Of a stretch of DNA of 64,000 bases, positions 55,601-63,800 are shown piece by piece. Under the pieces are notes generated by a model, which saw nothing but the letters and a program-made list of their open reading frames with translations, was not told the origin of the DNA and searched no databases. Position 1 is the first letter of the stretch. Each line of letters opens with the position of its first letter. Origin of the DNA: Rhynchopus sp. YZ270_cl-10 (lineage: Eukaryota); the NCBI GenBank assembly GCA_964035575.1, contig OZ037834.1:1922001-1986000 (forward strand), in the 5' to 3' direction. A program made the translations under genes and the position numbers.

Positions 55601-55678
55601 AGCAAGGAGAGCACCTTCCGCGACTGCACCTTTGACTGGAGTGTGTTTGCTGCAAGCACCATTTGTCCTGCGGTCTAG
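43610..55678 (+). CDS. Giant secreted modular protein, copy 2 (4022 aa, 7 repeat units)
   Basis: Matches copy 1 except that it lacks one 846-aa block. Confidence 0.92.
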   Translation: MVGHRGLLPLPLLLFAVGVSAQTETTGEPLTLNVLGANLEEHLDEFRGTVVNSVLSLGEEHLNKLGVADAFEEAFRDDSVMGNLKTKMETGLEDMMSFFEGGTAFDGIELLTDQFEPALDMMTGVCDQTTGTARREAAYLQARETYLEKKKQGGGNNRTAGALNAFSAPLIVGSLNAALPAWEVQMSTNWKAGLQFGGGVALGVDFGNLDHHFLGIGVGLGFSISKGQKSCTVDADCKSKVRQSTICEVGKCTRVCSSPADCGQREACDNLRCVVECDAHTDCTGLQKCDIAGTKRCLATTACASDSECNAASEICLDNTRCVPRQCTSDAQCVAGTEFCYNHRCQKSECTDATEAADCKAGEICVTRQCVPAAGQPCVGDGDCGLDAWCNGGLCADNTPQPTAAGCVTPADCPVAGETCLPGGVCGTACASDLDCGLGDVCSPLISGVRRCVLDTSGRRAHVLNTPTEAKKGFWSKVADEVDISIDWFKDAGKFSGFAFVLSISNKYLLDNLHIKDLHVTLAHPHWQCLTEPGIKSAEWWGGVEFGGFGITFDPKPGAGSGAKTAASGSVLANLKAALTNKDKFGEMMRSVGSELLTAILSFDGLGFAEGITLEDSNSGYSLAYDRATSCPPVVPTNAPPTSAPPTSVPLTSSPPTPSPPTPSPPTPAPPTPAPPTPSPPTPAPPTPAPVAGRGAEVLADADARDAAAQSVTTDLIAFMKQATNIVTKGEIIMPFCAGNCGPTNTSIDSIIGVGRVGPPATCNGVEASVSVDTLTIGSIAHLATSGEIAGVSGALKDIMTPVLEMGIQNTELSFSVTTTGIKLAAIGSVLLPNTDSGFVTVLKDMAEDIRLGASAGLTWEGELKLELRVGTDADTDATKNFRVSNALGTFGASTYLRFVYLINGGVPRQELGTTLPLIICVDDCGTATRKDLYFDGDLSMIVTPAAQTVRGKLTAAGWYYEAFKIPFVHIGDMFLGMEWDIKSPLPTGFMLGGAVCLGSSNNCQNKVQPYIEGRAYVGVSASLPEDNFFVVMVTNLTIGGIAELVAQEVPWLVLLTGEGSAAALSVAEAAFEAIGVDVSEVTSTIQGIQNALPPAFKESGLYPYDKNFATNCAAPAADAAQTEINMDCFAYLSFSPLKTQEIVLGTSTLSVPRGIAFAGRLNFIGWEMAAEVAISTSQFYINATMDPVFIRFGSVDFLRIGSHLDGNKQAAGGANFLVDLNILPPRAEINIQGAFDIPLLKSYGAVALVLDSQKLSFHAEINLFDGALASTADVYFPWDFTAFHMSLSDMNFLYGIVKVKRVLFEYDTAVPHPYAIFDAHIDVLFAVSIAAQLKVQGNALSFSLGITVLGVGNTISGTATMDTSNFLNSEFSVSVQSDLNPAAIADAVVGAAKEVGKAAVAVWDTVTGGVTEAWNFVKGAFNQAPLSNVASRIGNFLNDAGAAIANIGQALLDAGLSDIISLGKDFANGDFSALGDAVFDLAGVFGLTGTEGHTEIDAGEGANEYGCRWKKIRYSECFITPEVCIPEVCVGGGCTGGQCTGGGCTGGGCVGCCGVRVCAPRICAPRVCVPRVCVPRVCTPRSCVPEFKTCTTKYGNRFADKACMEEIAAAATEVEGKLGVMKRKEDAIADSHTQNPGLEGLADGTTVPAPSVRNVTLTIPIGATSASGDIESDVEVLSGPCGGAGGMQRSTVGGVNFNMGTLDEYKASIAAAQGSLAASIEGTLLSKQCGLGTTILGEAGKVTYAPPTLTDPTDFSVSCTQSVDLAAGKPLFASVDDACHSGKVVKMVTATPVSPTAYPNRVCGSSYMQVTWKGYDAGICNGETVAKSHVITVLPFDPRFDAFPADVSVTTQDSMAPEATGVPTSFQSVCNQEVDITYTDAPPVLKAGKCGEWTVARTWSVKPYFASCTGTRLPGQTRVQTITVSDVTAPVFTREPPPVVYVPFFENWGAASSIPMSVEVMDTAMEALGLHSYPTTTTSVDTALSYSSTELAAEEQCRLDGIARYTRTWTVEDACGNSRSVDQVVILQHPTSDLTTTDVWNPANALFAHSTGVAQAADACNPGKVVTGGQKNFIPIHHGDPTTDDVCGTGTWDEAGCRRLSDVAVNYVTHVQPVPPRYETFPDDITINTDSSVQPNVTGWPAVVAFCGTPYTLVHSDAAPVLQECGVWTIERTWKLQPYFPDCGDEFAVYHASLTTSKVQVITVRDERAPDYTSTPDAAVEIPFFGNWRAANSMPLTDEVAHEEMLALGLVSYPTTTVSVDGPLVAAPTGAADEATCRTRGLASFTRTWTATDRCGNSRVFAQDIMVQHPPTALTATQHWTKALGEFSYAPGVEQLADDCHAGKSIVGNTQHFNPIDTSPTNPSACVAPEWDENACRRAPVEHTLLLHSVAPTFASFPADITIDTDHSLNPEDELGVPVGHAFCGTPFTIRFDDAAPVMGECGVWTIERTWKIQPHYLDCGADLAVYHASLTTRQVQVITVRDVRAPDWMYRPEEVLMIPFFQNNKAESSIPTTRETAHPDILALGLVSYPTTFGAVDGELVYSSTDVADEATCRASGIVRMARTWTVTDRCGNARVWEQTVVVEHPPAELTEAEKWVRDQRQFFYAHAVEQVSTCEVDAPCLSGKVIKAGSRGFIPTDTLPVMTDMCGADPWLENGCRKLLETVHTIEHVASVPPSFETFPADITIDTDHPLAPELGVGVPVVHSFCGTPYTMRHDDAAPVAQGCGKWTIERTWKIQPHYLDCGGDAAAYEERLTTRRVQVITIEDVRAPEWTYTPDADVEVPFFGNYQAVNSVPLTEERAHADMVALGMGLAHPTTLTSADGALVFSSTEAANEATCRADGIAHFTRTWTAKDACGNARNFAQKVTVQHPPAELSSVQPWVAGNRLFSFAPGVTQATDACHPGKTVTGGVKNYAVLSLFGPAGQLGHACGAGSDWDAVGCRRLADLAVDYVTHVPSVPPTFASFPADITIDTDHSLNPEDELGVPVGHAFCGTPFTIRFDDAAPVMGECGVWTIERTWKIQPHYLDCGGDLAVYHESLTTRQVQVITVRDERAPDYTSTPDAAVEIPFFGSWRDANSMPLTDEVAHADMLALGLVSYPTTTVSVDGPLVAAPTGAADEATCRTRGLASFTRTWTATDRCGNSRVFAQDIMVQHPPTALTATQHWTKALGEFSYAPGVEQLADDCHAGKSIVGNTQHFNPIDTSPTNPSACVAPEWDENACRRAPVEHTLLLHSVAPTFASFPADITIDTDHSLNPEDELGVPVGHAFCGTPFTIRFDDAAPVMGECGVWTIERTWKIQPHYLDCGADLAVYHASLTTRQVQVITVRDVRAPDYTSTPDAAVEIPFFANWRDANSMPLTDEVAHADILALGLVSYPTTTVSVDGPFVEAPTGAADEATCRTRGLASFTRTWTATDRCGNSRVFEQDIMVQHPPTALTATQEWAEAKREFSYAPGVEQLADACHAGKHVVTGTKAFAAIDSSATAKNVCAANVWDADGCRRQLPDVAVVTDRNLHSIAPVFASFPAAVDVTTTSTLNPYDVAGVPGLGFPVGEAFCGTPFTIRYDDAEPVLQECGVWTIERTWKIQPHYLDCGGDLAVYHASLTTRQVQVITVRDVDPPTFVSKPADVVSVPFYTAYGTAVTGVPQVEDVAVHADMAGLDLVSYNITLEHSDVHVVFNSGPEGCTDGVAVVTRRWTAADRCGTTATWDQTVRVMNPSVNGDGTLGAVSEYAVFGSGKLKIKDTLGSIAGNVGTSYKDLDLDHTTVLGSAQEDMDSVSHEMMTFSDMLRSPPANWREGTKSVLCTGHGQDSCVVTSVTEPSVSKITYDSANSNDMILEGDELVYNVFADVDVNDWLYDPYPVGHNTKAKHSHSKSHSLGHIDADHAGHIHDSELVVRAGGFVIVNLMFDSPHNDNDVVHTHKDHSHFTAVRKAVFDQAYPAGKQFLMYNVNNNEASTSGSRIVRVREGELVGSLLVADYTHKVDIREITVTGQVITDSKESTFRDCTFDWSVFAASTICPAV

Positions 55679-57857
55679 GTGGGTGAGCACTACCTGCGTT
55701 CCCTGCGAAACTGTATATTTTCACTACTTTACTTTACAACTATCATCCCACCCCCCATCCCATCCCATCCCATCCCTCCCCCCTTTTGCCTCATCGATTC
55801 GACATGGGTATTTATACTGTGTTGTCTCGTTTTTCTGTCTGCACATCAAAGGTATTTGAGACATTTCGTTTTGTCTTGTTTTTGATTCTTTTTTAATAAG
55901 TTTGGTTGCTCGTGAAGGTAAATGTATCTCACTATAACCACACCGCTGTGTGGGATAAGCTCGCCACATTTGGTACGTACCTCCTGCCTCCTTCACCCAG
56001 TGCATATTCATTTTATGTTGGCACTTTCTTCATGTGCCATTTCCCCCCCAATCCACTTGCACTACCTTCAGCACCGAGCTCACATAATGGTACGACCAGA
56101 GCCAGACCTTGGGCGTTTCAAGAGCGGGGTACCCGCCACAGAAGACGCCTTGGTCTTGCTCTGCAAAGGCCTGGCCACCGTTTGGTTCACATTATATTCG
56201 TGTACGAGTAATATTTCGTATTGTATTTTGTGATTCAGTCAGTGGGGGTTTGGTCAGTCAAGAGCAGTGCAAGTCCTGACCACAGCAAATAGACTGTCTT
56301 CTTTTTTTGTGATTGGTTTCCCCTTTTCTTTTCCTTTCTTTTCCTTTCTTTTCGTATGCACGTTTCCACATTTATTTTTACTTTGTGTTTTGCTCTTTTT
56401 TTACAGGACCCCCCCACCCCTTTTTTATTTGTACTAACCGCACATTTTGGTTTCCTTTGCATGCACAAAAGGTTTTACCGTGGGGCTGTCACATTTGTGC
56501 CCCACAGATGCATGAGGCTGTAAAGCCGGTGCCGCTATCCTTTAGACATGTCGGAAGCAAGTTGTGGTGCGCTTTTTCCTTTTCCCCTTTTCCCCCACTC
56601 CCACGTTATACGCTCTGTGAGCATGCTTTCACTTTTTTACAATTGTCGTTCAGACACACCATCTGGAGGATTTGTAAGGAGGATAGTGTGCTTGACAGAG
56701 AACCCTCCCTTGCCACGAAGAGAGCAGATGACCCCGCTACGTGCGGTGTTGGATAGCAGTCTCCTGTTGTTGCAAGGCACCTCATCACAATTGTTTTTTA
56801 TTCGATATTAGTGCCTGCGTCTGCCGATCAACGGTGCGGCGTTTGCACTTTTAATTTCTCTTTTTATTCCTTACGAACAGGTGAGCCAGAGGCTCATCTC
56901 GCCCAACTTTATATTTTTTCACGCACACTACCTTGTGAGTGCAAAGTGTCACGTCGTTCACTCACCCAACCGTGCTCCACAACACCATTCAACAGGTGTG
57001 GGATTAGTGTGTGTAGAAGGTCAGCGCATCACACAACTACAAGAAGGGGGGGTGAGGGAATGACTAGTGACACTTATCTTTTTAAATTAAAACAAGATAA
57101 TTATCTTATTCTTTTCGCATTATTTCCCCCGCCCTTCCCTCCATTCTACTTCCCACCCCACACTCTTTCTTATCATGCATTTTTATCACACACACCTGCC
57201 GTCTTTCACACCTCAGTTCTGCAATTCCCCGGAGGGGGTCTTCACCAAGAACATGGCACGCTGTGATGTCCACGGCGGGTATGTGTGCAAAAAACAAAAA
57301 AAAAAAAAAAAAACAAAATGTTATTTCCTCGACAGAGGTGATTGTGTATGTGTGCGTTCATCTCAATGCACCGTTGCAACTGCTTCTGCCCCACATTTAT
57401 TTCGTTATTTTCCAAGCGTGTTCATCAGGCCTTTTGCACCGCTTCATGTTTGTTACTTTATTCACATGTAGCTGTTTTGTGTTTATGCGTCCTCTGAAAC
57501 ACCTTGTTGTTTTTAGTTGTTTTTTGCATGTCAGAGAGCGAGAACGACGTCCAAAAAAATTGTTTCCCCCCGTCCCTCAGTTTTAGTTTTGCTATACTAC
57601 ACTGCCATACACCTTGGGCAAAGAATAATCCACTAAAGTAGTGCCTGGACACCCAATTTATTGGTGTTCCCTTTTTTGGTGTTCAGGATACACTGTATAA
57701 ACACCCCACAAACTTCCCGTATCTGCCCGCTCTGGACACACCTCACCCTACCCACGCAACCTCCATTCAGCGTATTACACCTAATAATAACGAGTCTCGA
57801 CAAGAAAGGCGAGAGCCAAGCAAGAAGGGCAAAGCCAAGAGGCGTGCAAGACACACA

Positions 57858-60800
57858 ATGGTGGGTCATCGAGGGTTGCTGCCGCTGCCGCTGCTGCTGT
57901 TCGCAGTAGGGGTGAGCGCACAGACGGAGACGACAGGTGAGCCGCTGACGCTGAATGTGCTCGGGGCGAACCTGGAGGAGCACCTGGACGAGTTCCGTGG
58001 GACTGTGGTGAACTCTGTGTTGAGCCTGGGTGAGGAACATTTGAACAAGCTGGGGGTGGCGGACGCCTTCGAGGAGGCCTTCCGTGATGACTCTGTGATG
58101 GGGAACCTGAAGACGAAGATGGAGACCGGGCTCGAGGATATGATGTCGTTCTTTGAGGGAGGCACTGCGTTTGACGGTATTGAGCTGCTGACGGACCAGT
58201 TTGAGCCTGCGTTGGACATGATGACGGGTGTGTGCGACCAGACAACGGGGACAGCGAGGCGCGAGGCTGCGTACCTTCAGGCGCGCGAGACCTACCTGGA
58301 GAAGAAGAAGCAGGGCGGAGGCAACAACAGAACGGCGGGGGCGCTGAACGCATTTTCGGCACCGCTGATTGTGGGGTCGCTGAACGCGGCGCTGCCCGCG
58401 TGGGAGGTGCAGATGTCAACGAACTGGAAGGCTGGGCTGCAGTTCGGGGGTGGGGTCGCGCTCGGAGTTGACTTTGGGAACCTGGACCATCACTTTCTGG
58501 GGATTGGAGTGGGCCTCGGGTTTTCGATCTCGAAGGGGCAGAAGTCGTGCACGGTGGATGCGGACTGCAAGTCGAAGGTACGTCAGTCGACGATCTGCGA
58601 GGTAGGCAAGTGCACGCGTGTGTGCTCGAGCCCGGCAGACTGCGGGCAGAGGGAGGCGTGCGACAACCTGCGCTGTGTGGTGGAGTGCGATGCGCACACG
58701 GACTGCACAGGGCTGCAAAAGTGTGACATTGCCGGGACTAAGCGCTGCCTTGCGACAACGGCGTGTGCGTCGGATAGCGAGTGCAACGCTGCGTCTGAGA
58801 TCTGCCTGGACAACACGCGTTGTGTGCCGCGCCAGTGCACAAGCGACGCGCAGTGCGTGGCGGGGACGGAGTTCTGTTACAACCACCGTTGCCAGAAAAG
58901 CGAGTGCACGGATGCGACGGAGGCGGCAGACTGCAAGGCGGGGGAGATCTGTGTGACGCGGCAGTGTGTGCCTGCAGCGGGGCAGCCCTGTGTTGGTGAC
59001 GGGGACTGCGGGCTGGACGCGTGGTGCAACGGTGGGCTCTGTGCAGACAACACACCTCAGCCGACGGCGGCCGGGTGTGTGACGCCCGCAGACTGCCCGG
59101 TGGCCGGGGAGACGTGTCTGCCGGGGGGTGTGTGCGGGACGGCGTGCGCGTCGGACCTGGACTGCGGCCTGGGGGACGTGTGCTCCCCGCTGATATCGGG
59201 TGTTCGGCGTTGTGTGCTGGACACGAGCGGCCGCCGGGCACATGTGCTGAACACCCCGACGGAGGCGAAGAAGGGGTTCTGGTCGAAGGTGGCAGACGAG
59301 GTAGACATCTCGATTGACTGGTTCAAGGACGCAGGGAAGTTCAGCGGGTTTGCGTTTGTGCTCTCGATCTCGAACAAGTACCTGCTGGACAACCTGCACA
59401 TCAAGGACCTGCACGTGACGCTGGCGCACCCGCACTGGCAGTGCCTGACGGAGCCCGGGATCAAGTCGGCGGAGTGGTGGGGCGGGGTTGAGTTTGGCGG
59501 GTTCGGTATCACGTTTGACCCGAAGCCAGGTGCTGGGTCGGGTGCGAAGACTGCTGCGTCGGGTTCTGTGCTCGCGAACCTGAAGGCTGCGCTGACGAAC
59601 AAGGACAAGTTTGGGGAGATGATGCGGAGTGTGGGGTCTGAGCTTCTGACGGCCATACTTTCGTTTGACGGGTTAGGGTTTGCGGAGGGGATCACCCTTG
59701 AGGACTCCAACAGCGGCTACAGTCTTGCGTACGACCGCGCGACGTCGTGTCCGCCCGTTGTCCCGACAAACGCACCGCCGACATCGGCACCGCCCACATC
59801 GGTACCGCTCACATCGTCACCTCCAACACCGTCACCCCCAACACCATCGCCACCCACACCGGCACCACCAACACCTGCCCCCCCAACACCGTCGCCGCCC
59901 ACACCGGCACCACCGACGCCCGCACCTGTGGCCGGGAGGGGGGCGGAGGTGCTGGCGGATGCGGATGCAAGGGACGCTGCCGCGCAGAGTGTGACAACAG
60001 ACCTGATTGCATTCATGAAGCAGGCGACAAACATTGTGACGAAGGGTGAGATCATCATGCCTTTCTGCGCAGGCAACTGCGGACCCACGAACACATCGAT
60101 CGACTCGATCATCGGTGTGGGGCGTGTGGGCCCGCCGGCAACGTGCAACGGTGTGGAGGCGAGCGTGTCGGTGGACACGCTGACAATTGGGAGCATTGCG
60201 CACCTGGCGACGTCGGGGGAGATTGCAGGCGTGAGCGGAGCCTTGAAGGACATCATGACGCCTGTTCTGGAGATGGGGATCCAGAACACGGAGCTGAGCT
60301 TCAGTGTGACGACGACGGGGATCAAGCTGGCTGCGATTGGGTCGGTGCTGCTGCCGAACACGGACAGCGGGTTTGTGACTGTGCTGAAGGACATGGCAGA
60401 GGACATCCGTCTTGGGGCGTCTGCGGGGCTGACGTGGGAGGGGGAGCTGAAGCTGGAGCTGCGTGTGGGGACGGATGCAGACACGGACGCGACGAAGAAC
60501 TTCCGTGTGTCGAACGCGCTCGGCACGTTCGGTGCTTCGACGTACCTGCGGTTCGTGTACCTGATCAACGGGGGGGTGCCGCGGCAGGAGCTTGGGACGA
60601 CGCTGCCGCTGATCATCTGTGTCGACGACTGCGGGACTGCGACACGCAAGGACCTGTACTTCGATGGGGACCTGTCGATGATTGTGACGCCTGCGGCGCA
60701 GACGGTGCGCGGGAAGCTGACGGCGGCAGGGTGGTACTACGAGGCCTTCAAGATCCCGTTTGTGCACATTGGGGACATGTTCCTGGGGATGGAGTGGGAC

Positions 60801-63800
60801 ATCAAGTCGCCGCTGCCGACGGGGTTCATGCTGGGCGGTGCGGTGTGTCTCGGGTCGTCGAACAACTGCCAGAACAAGGTGCAGCCGTACATTGAGGGGC
60901 GTGCGTACGTCGGGGTGAGTGCGTCGCTGCCTGAGGACAACTTCTTTGTGGTGATGGTGACGAACCTGACGATTGGCGGCATTGCGGAGCTTGTGGCGCA
61001 GGAGGTGCCGTGGCTTGTGCTGCTTACTGGGGAAGGGTCTGCCGCGGCGCTGAGTGTGGCCGAGGCGGCGTTCGAGGCAATTGGGGTGGACGTGTCGGAG
61101 GTGACGTCGACAATTCAGGGGATCCAGAACGCGCTGCCGCCAGCCTTCAAGGAGTCTGGGCTGTACCCGTACGACAAGAACTTTGCAACAAACTGCGCTG
61201 CGCCTGCTGCAGATGCCGCACAGACGGAGATCAACATGGACTGCTTTGCGTACCTGTCGTTCAGTCCGCTGAAGACGCAGGAGATTGTGCTCGGGACATC
61301 GACGCTGAGCGTGCCAAGGGGGATTGCGTTCGCAGGCCGCCTGAACTTCATCGGGTGGGAGATGGCGGCAGAGGTGGCGATCAGCACGTCGCAGTTCTAC
61401 ATCAACGCAACGATGGACCCTGTGTTCATCCGGTTTGGGAGTGTCGACTTCCTGCGCATCGGGTCGCACCTGGACGGGAACAAGCAGGCGGCGGGCGGGG
61501 CAAACTTCCTGGTGGACCTCAACATCCTCCCGCCACGTGCGGAGATCAACATCCAGGGTGCGTTTGACATCCCGCTGCTGAAGTCGTACGGGGCGGTTGC
61601 GCTCGTGCTTGACTCGCAGAAACTGTCGTTCCACGCGGAGATCAACCTCTTTGACGGGGCGCTTGCGTCGACTGCAGACGTGTACTTCCCGTGGGACTTC
61701 ACAGCGTTCCACATGAGCCTGTCGGACATGAACTTCCTGTACGGGATTGTGAAGGTGAAGCGCGTGCTGTTTGAGTACGACACGGCAGTGCCGCACCCGT
61801 ACGCGATCTTTGACGCGCACATCGACGTGCTCTTTGCGGTGAGCATTGCGGCGCAGCTGAAGGTGCAGGGCAACGCGCTCTCCTTCTCCCTGGGGATCAC
61901 TGTGCTTGGTGTGGGGAACACCATCTCGGGGACGGCAACAATGGACACATCAAACTTCCTGAACTCGGAGTTCTCGGTGAGCGTGCAGTCGGACCTGAAC
62001 CCGGCGGCGATTGCAGATGCGGTTGTGGGTGCGGCGAAGGAGGTTGGGAAGGCTGCTGTGGCCGTGTGGGACACTGTGACGGGTGGGGTGACGGAGGCGT
62101 GGAACTTTGTGAAGGGTGCGTTCAACCAGGCGCCGCTGAGCAACGTTGCAAGCAGGATTGGGAACTTCCTGAACGACGCAGGGGCGGCGATTGCAAACAT
62201 CGGGCAGGCTCTGCTGGACGCAGGACTGAGCGACATCATCTCGCTTGGGAAGGACTTTGCGAACGGCGACTTCAGCGCGCTGGGTGACGCTGTGTTCGAC
62301 CTTGCGGGGGTGTTCGGGCTGACGGGCACAGAGGGGCACACGGAGATCGACGCCGGGGAGGGGGCAAATGAGTACGGGTGCAGGTGGAAGAAGATCCGGT
62401 ACAGTGAGTGCTTCATCACACCGGAGGTATGCATCCCGGAGGTGTGTGTCGGAGGCGGGTGCACCGGGGGCCAGTGCACAGGAGGCGGGTGCACGGGCGG
62501 TGGCTGCGTGGGGTGCTGCGGGGTGCGTGTCTGTGCGCCGCGCATCTGCGCACCGCGTGTGTGCGTGCCGCGTGTGTGTGTGCCACGTGTGTGCACGCCG
62601 CGGTCGTGTGTGCCTGAGTTCAAGACGTGCACAACCAAGTACGGGAACCGGTTTGCGGACAAGGCCTGCATGGAGGAGATTGCGGCTGCCGCGACAGAAG
62701 TTGAGGGGAAGCTTGGTGTGATGAAGCGTAAGGAGGACGCGATCGCAGACTCGCACACGCAGAACCCAGGGCTTGAGGGACTGGCGGACGGGACCACGGT
62801 GCCGGCGCCGTCCGTGCGGAACGTGACCCTGACGATCCCTATTGGAGCGACAAGCGCGTCGGGGGACATTGAGTCGGACGTGGAGGTGCTCTCAGGCCCG
62901 TGTGGGGGTGCAGGTGGGATGCAGCGTTCGACGGTGGGTGGAGTGAACTTCAACATGGGGACGCTGGATGAGTACAAGGCGTCGATTGCGGCAGCACAGG
63001 GGTCGCTTGCGGCCAGCATTGAGGGGACGCTGCTGTCGAAGCAGTGCGGGCTGGGGACCACGATTCTGGGTGAGGCCGGGAAGGTTACCTACGCTCCACC
63101 GACGCTCACGGACCCGACAGACTTCTCAGTTTCGTGCACGCAGTCGGTGGACCTGGCGGCGGGGAAGCCGCTGTTTGCGTCTGTGGACGACGCGTGCCAC
63201 AGCGGGAAGGTAGTGAAGATGGTGACTGCGACTCCAGTGAGCCCGACAGCGTACCCGAACCGTGTCTGCGGGTCGTCGTACATGCAGGTGACGTGGAAGG
63301 GTTACGACGCAGGGATCTGCAACGGGGAGACGGTGGCGAAGTCGCACGTGATCACAGTGCTGCCGTTTGACCCGAGGTTTGACGCCTTCCCTGCGGATGT
63401 GAGTGTGACGACACAGGACAGCATGGCGCCCGAGGCCACGGGGGTGCCGACCTCGTTCCAGTCGGTGTGCAACCAGGAGGTCGATATCACGTACACGGAC
63501 GCGCCACCGGTGCTGAAGGCGGGGAAGTGCGGGGAGTGGACTGTGGCGCGGACGTGGTCGGTGAAGCCGTACTTCGCAAGCTGCACCGGCACACGCCTCC
63601 CGGGGCAGACACGTGTGCAGACGATCACTGTGTCGGACGTGACAGCACCTGTGTTCACGCGTGAGCCGCCGCCAGTGGTGTACGTGCCGTTCTTCGAGAA
63701 CTGGGGTGCCGCGAGCTCGATCCCGATGTCTGTTGAGGTGATGGACACTGCGATGGAGGCGCTTGGGCTGCACTCTTACCCGACGACGACGACGTCTGTG

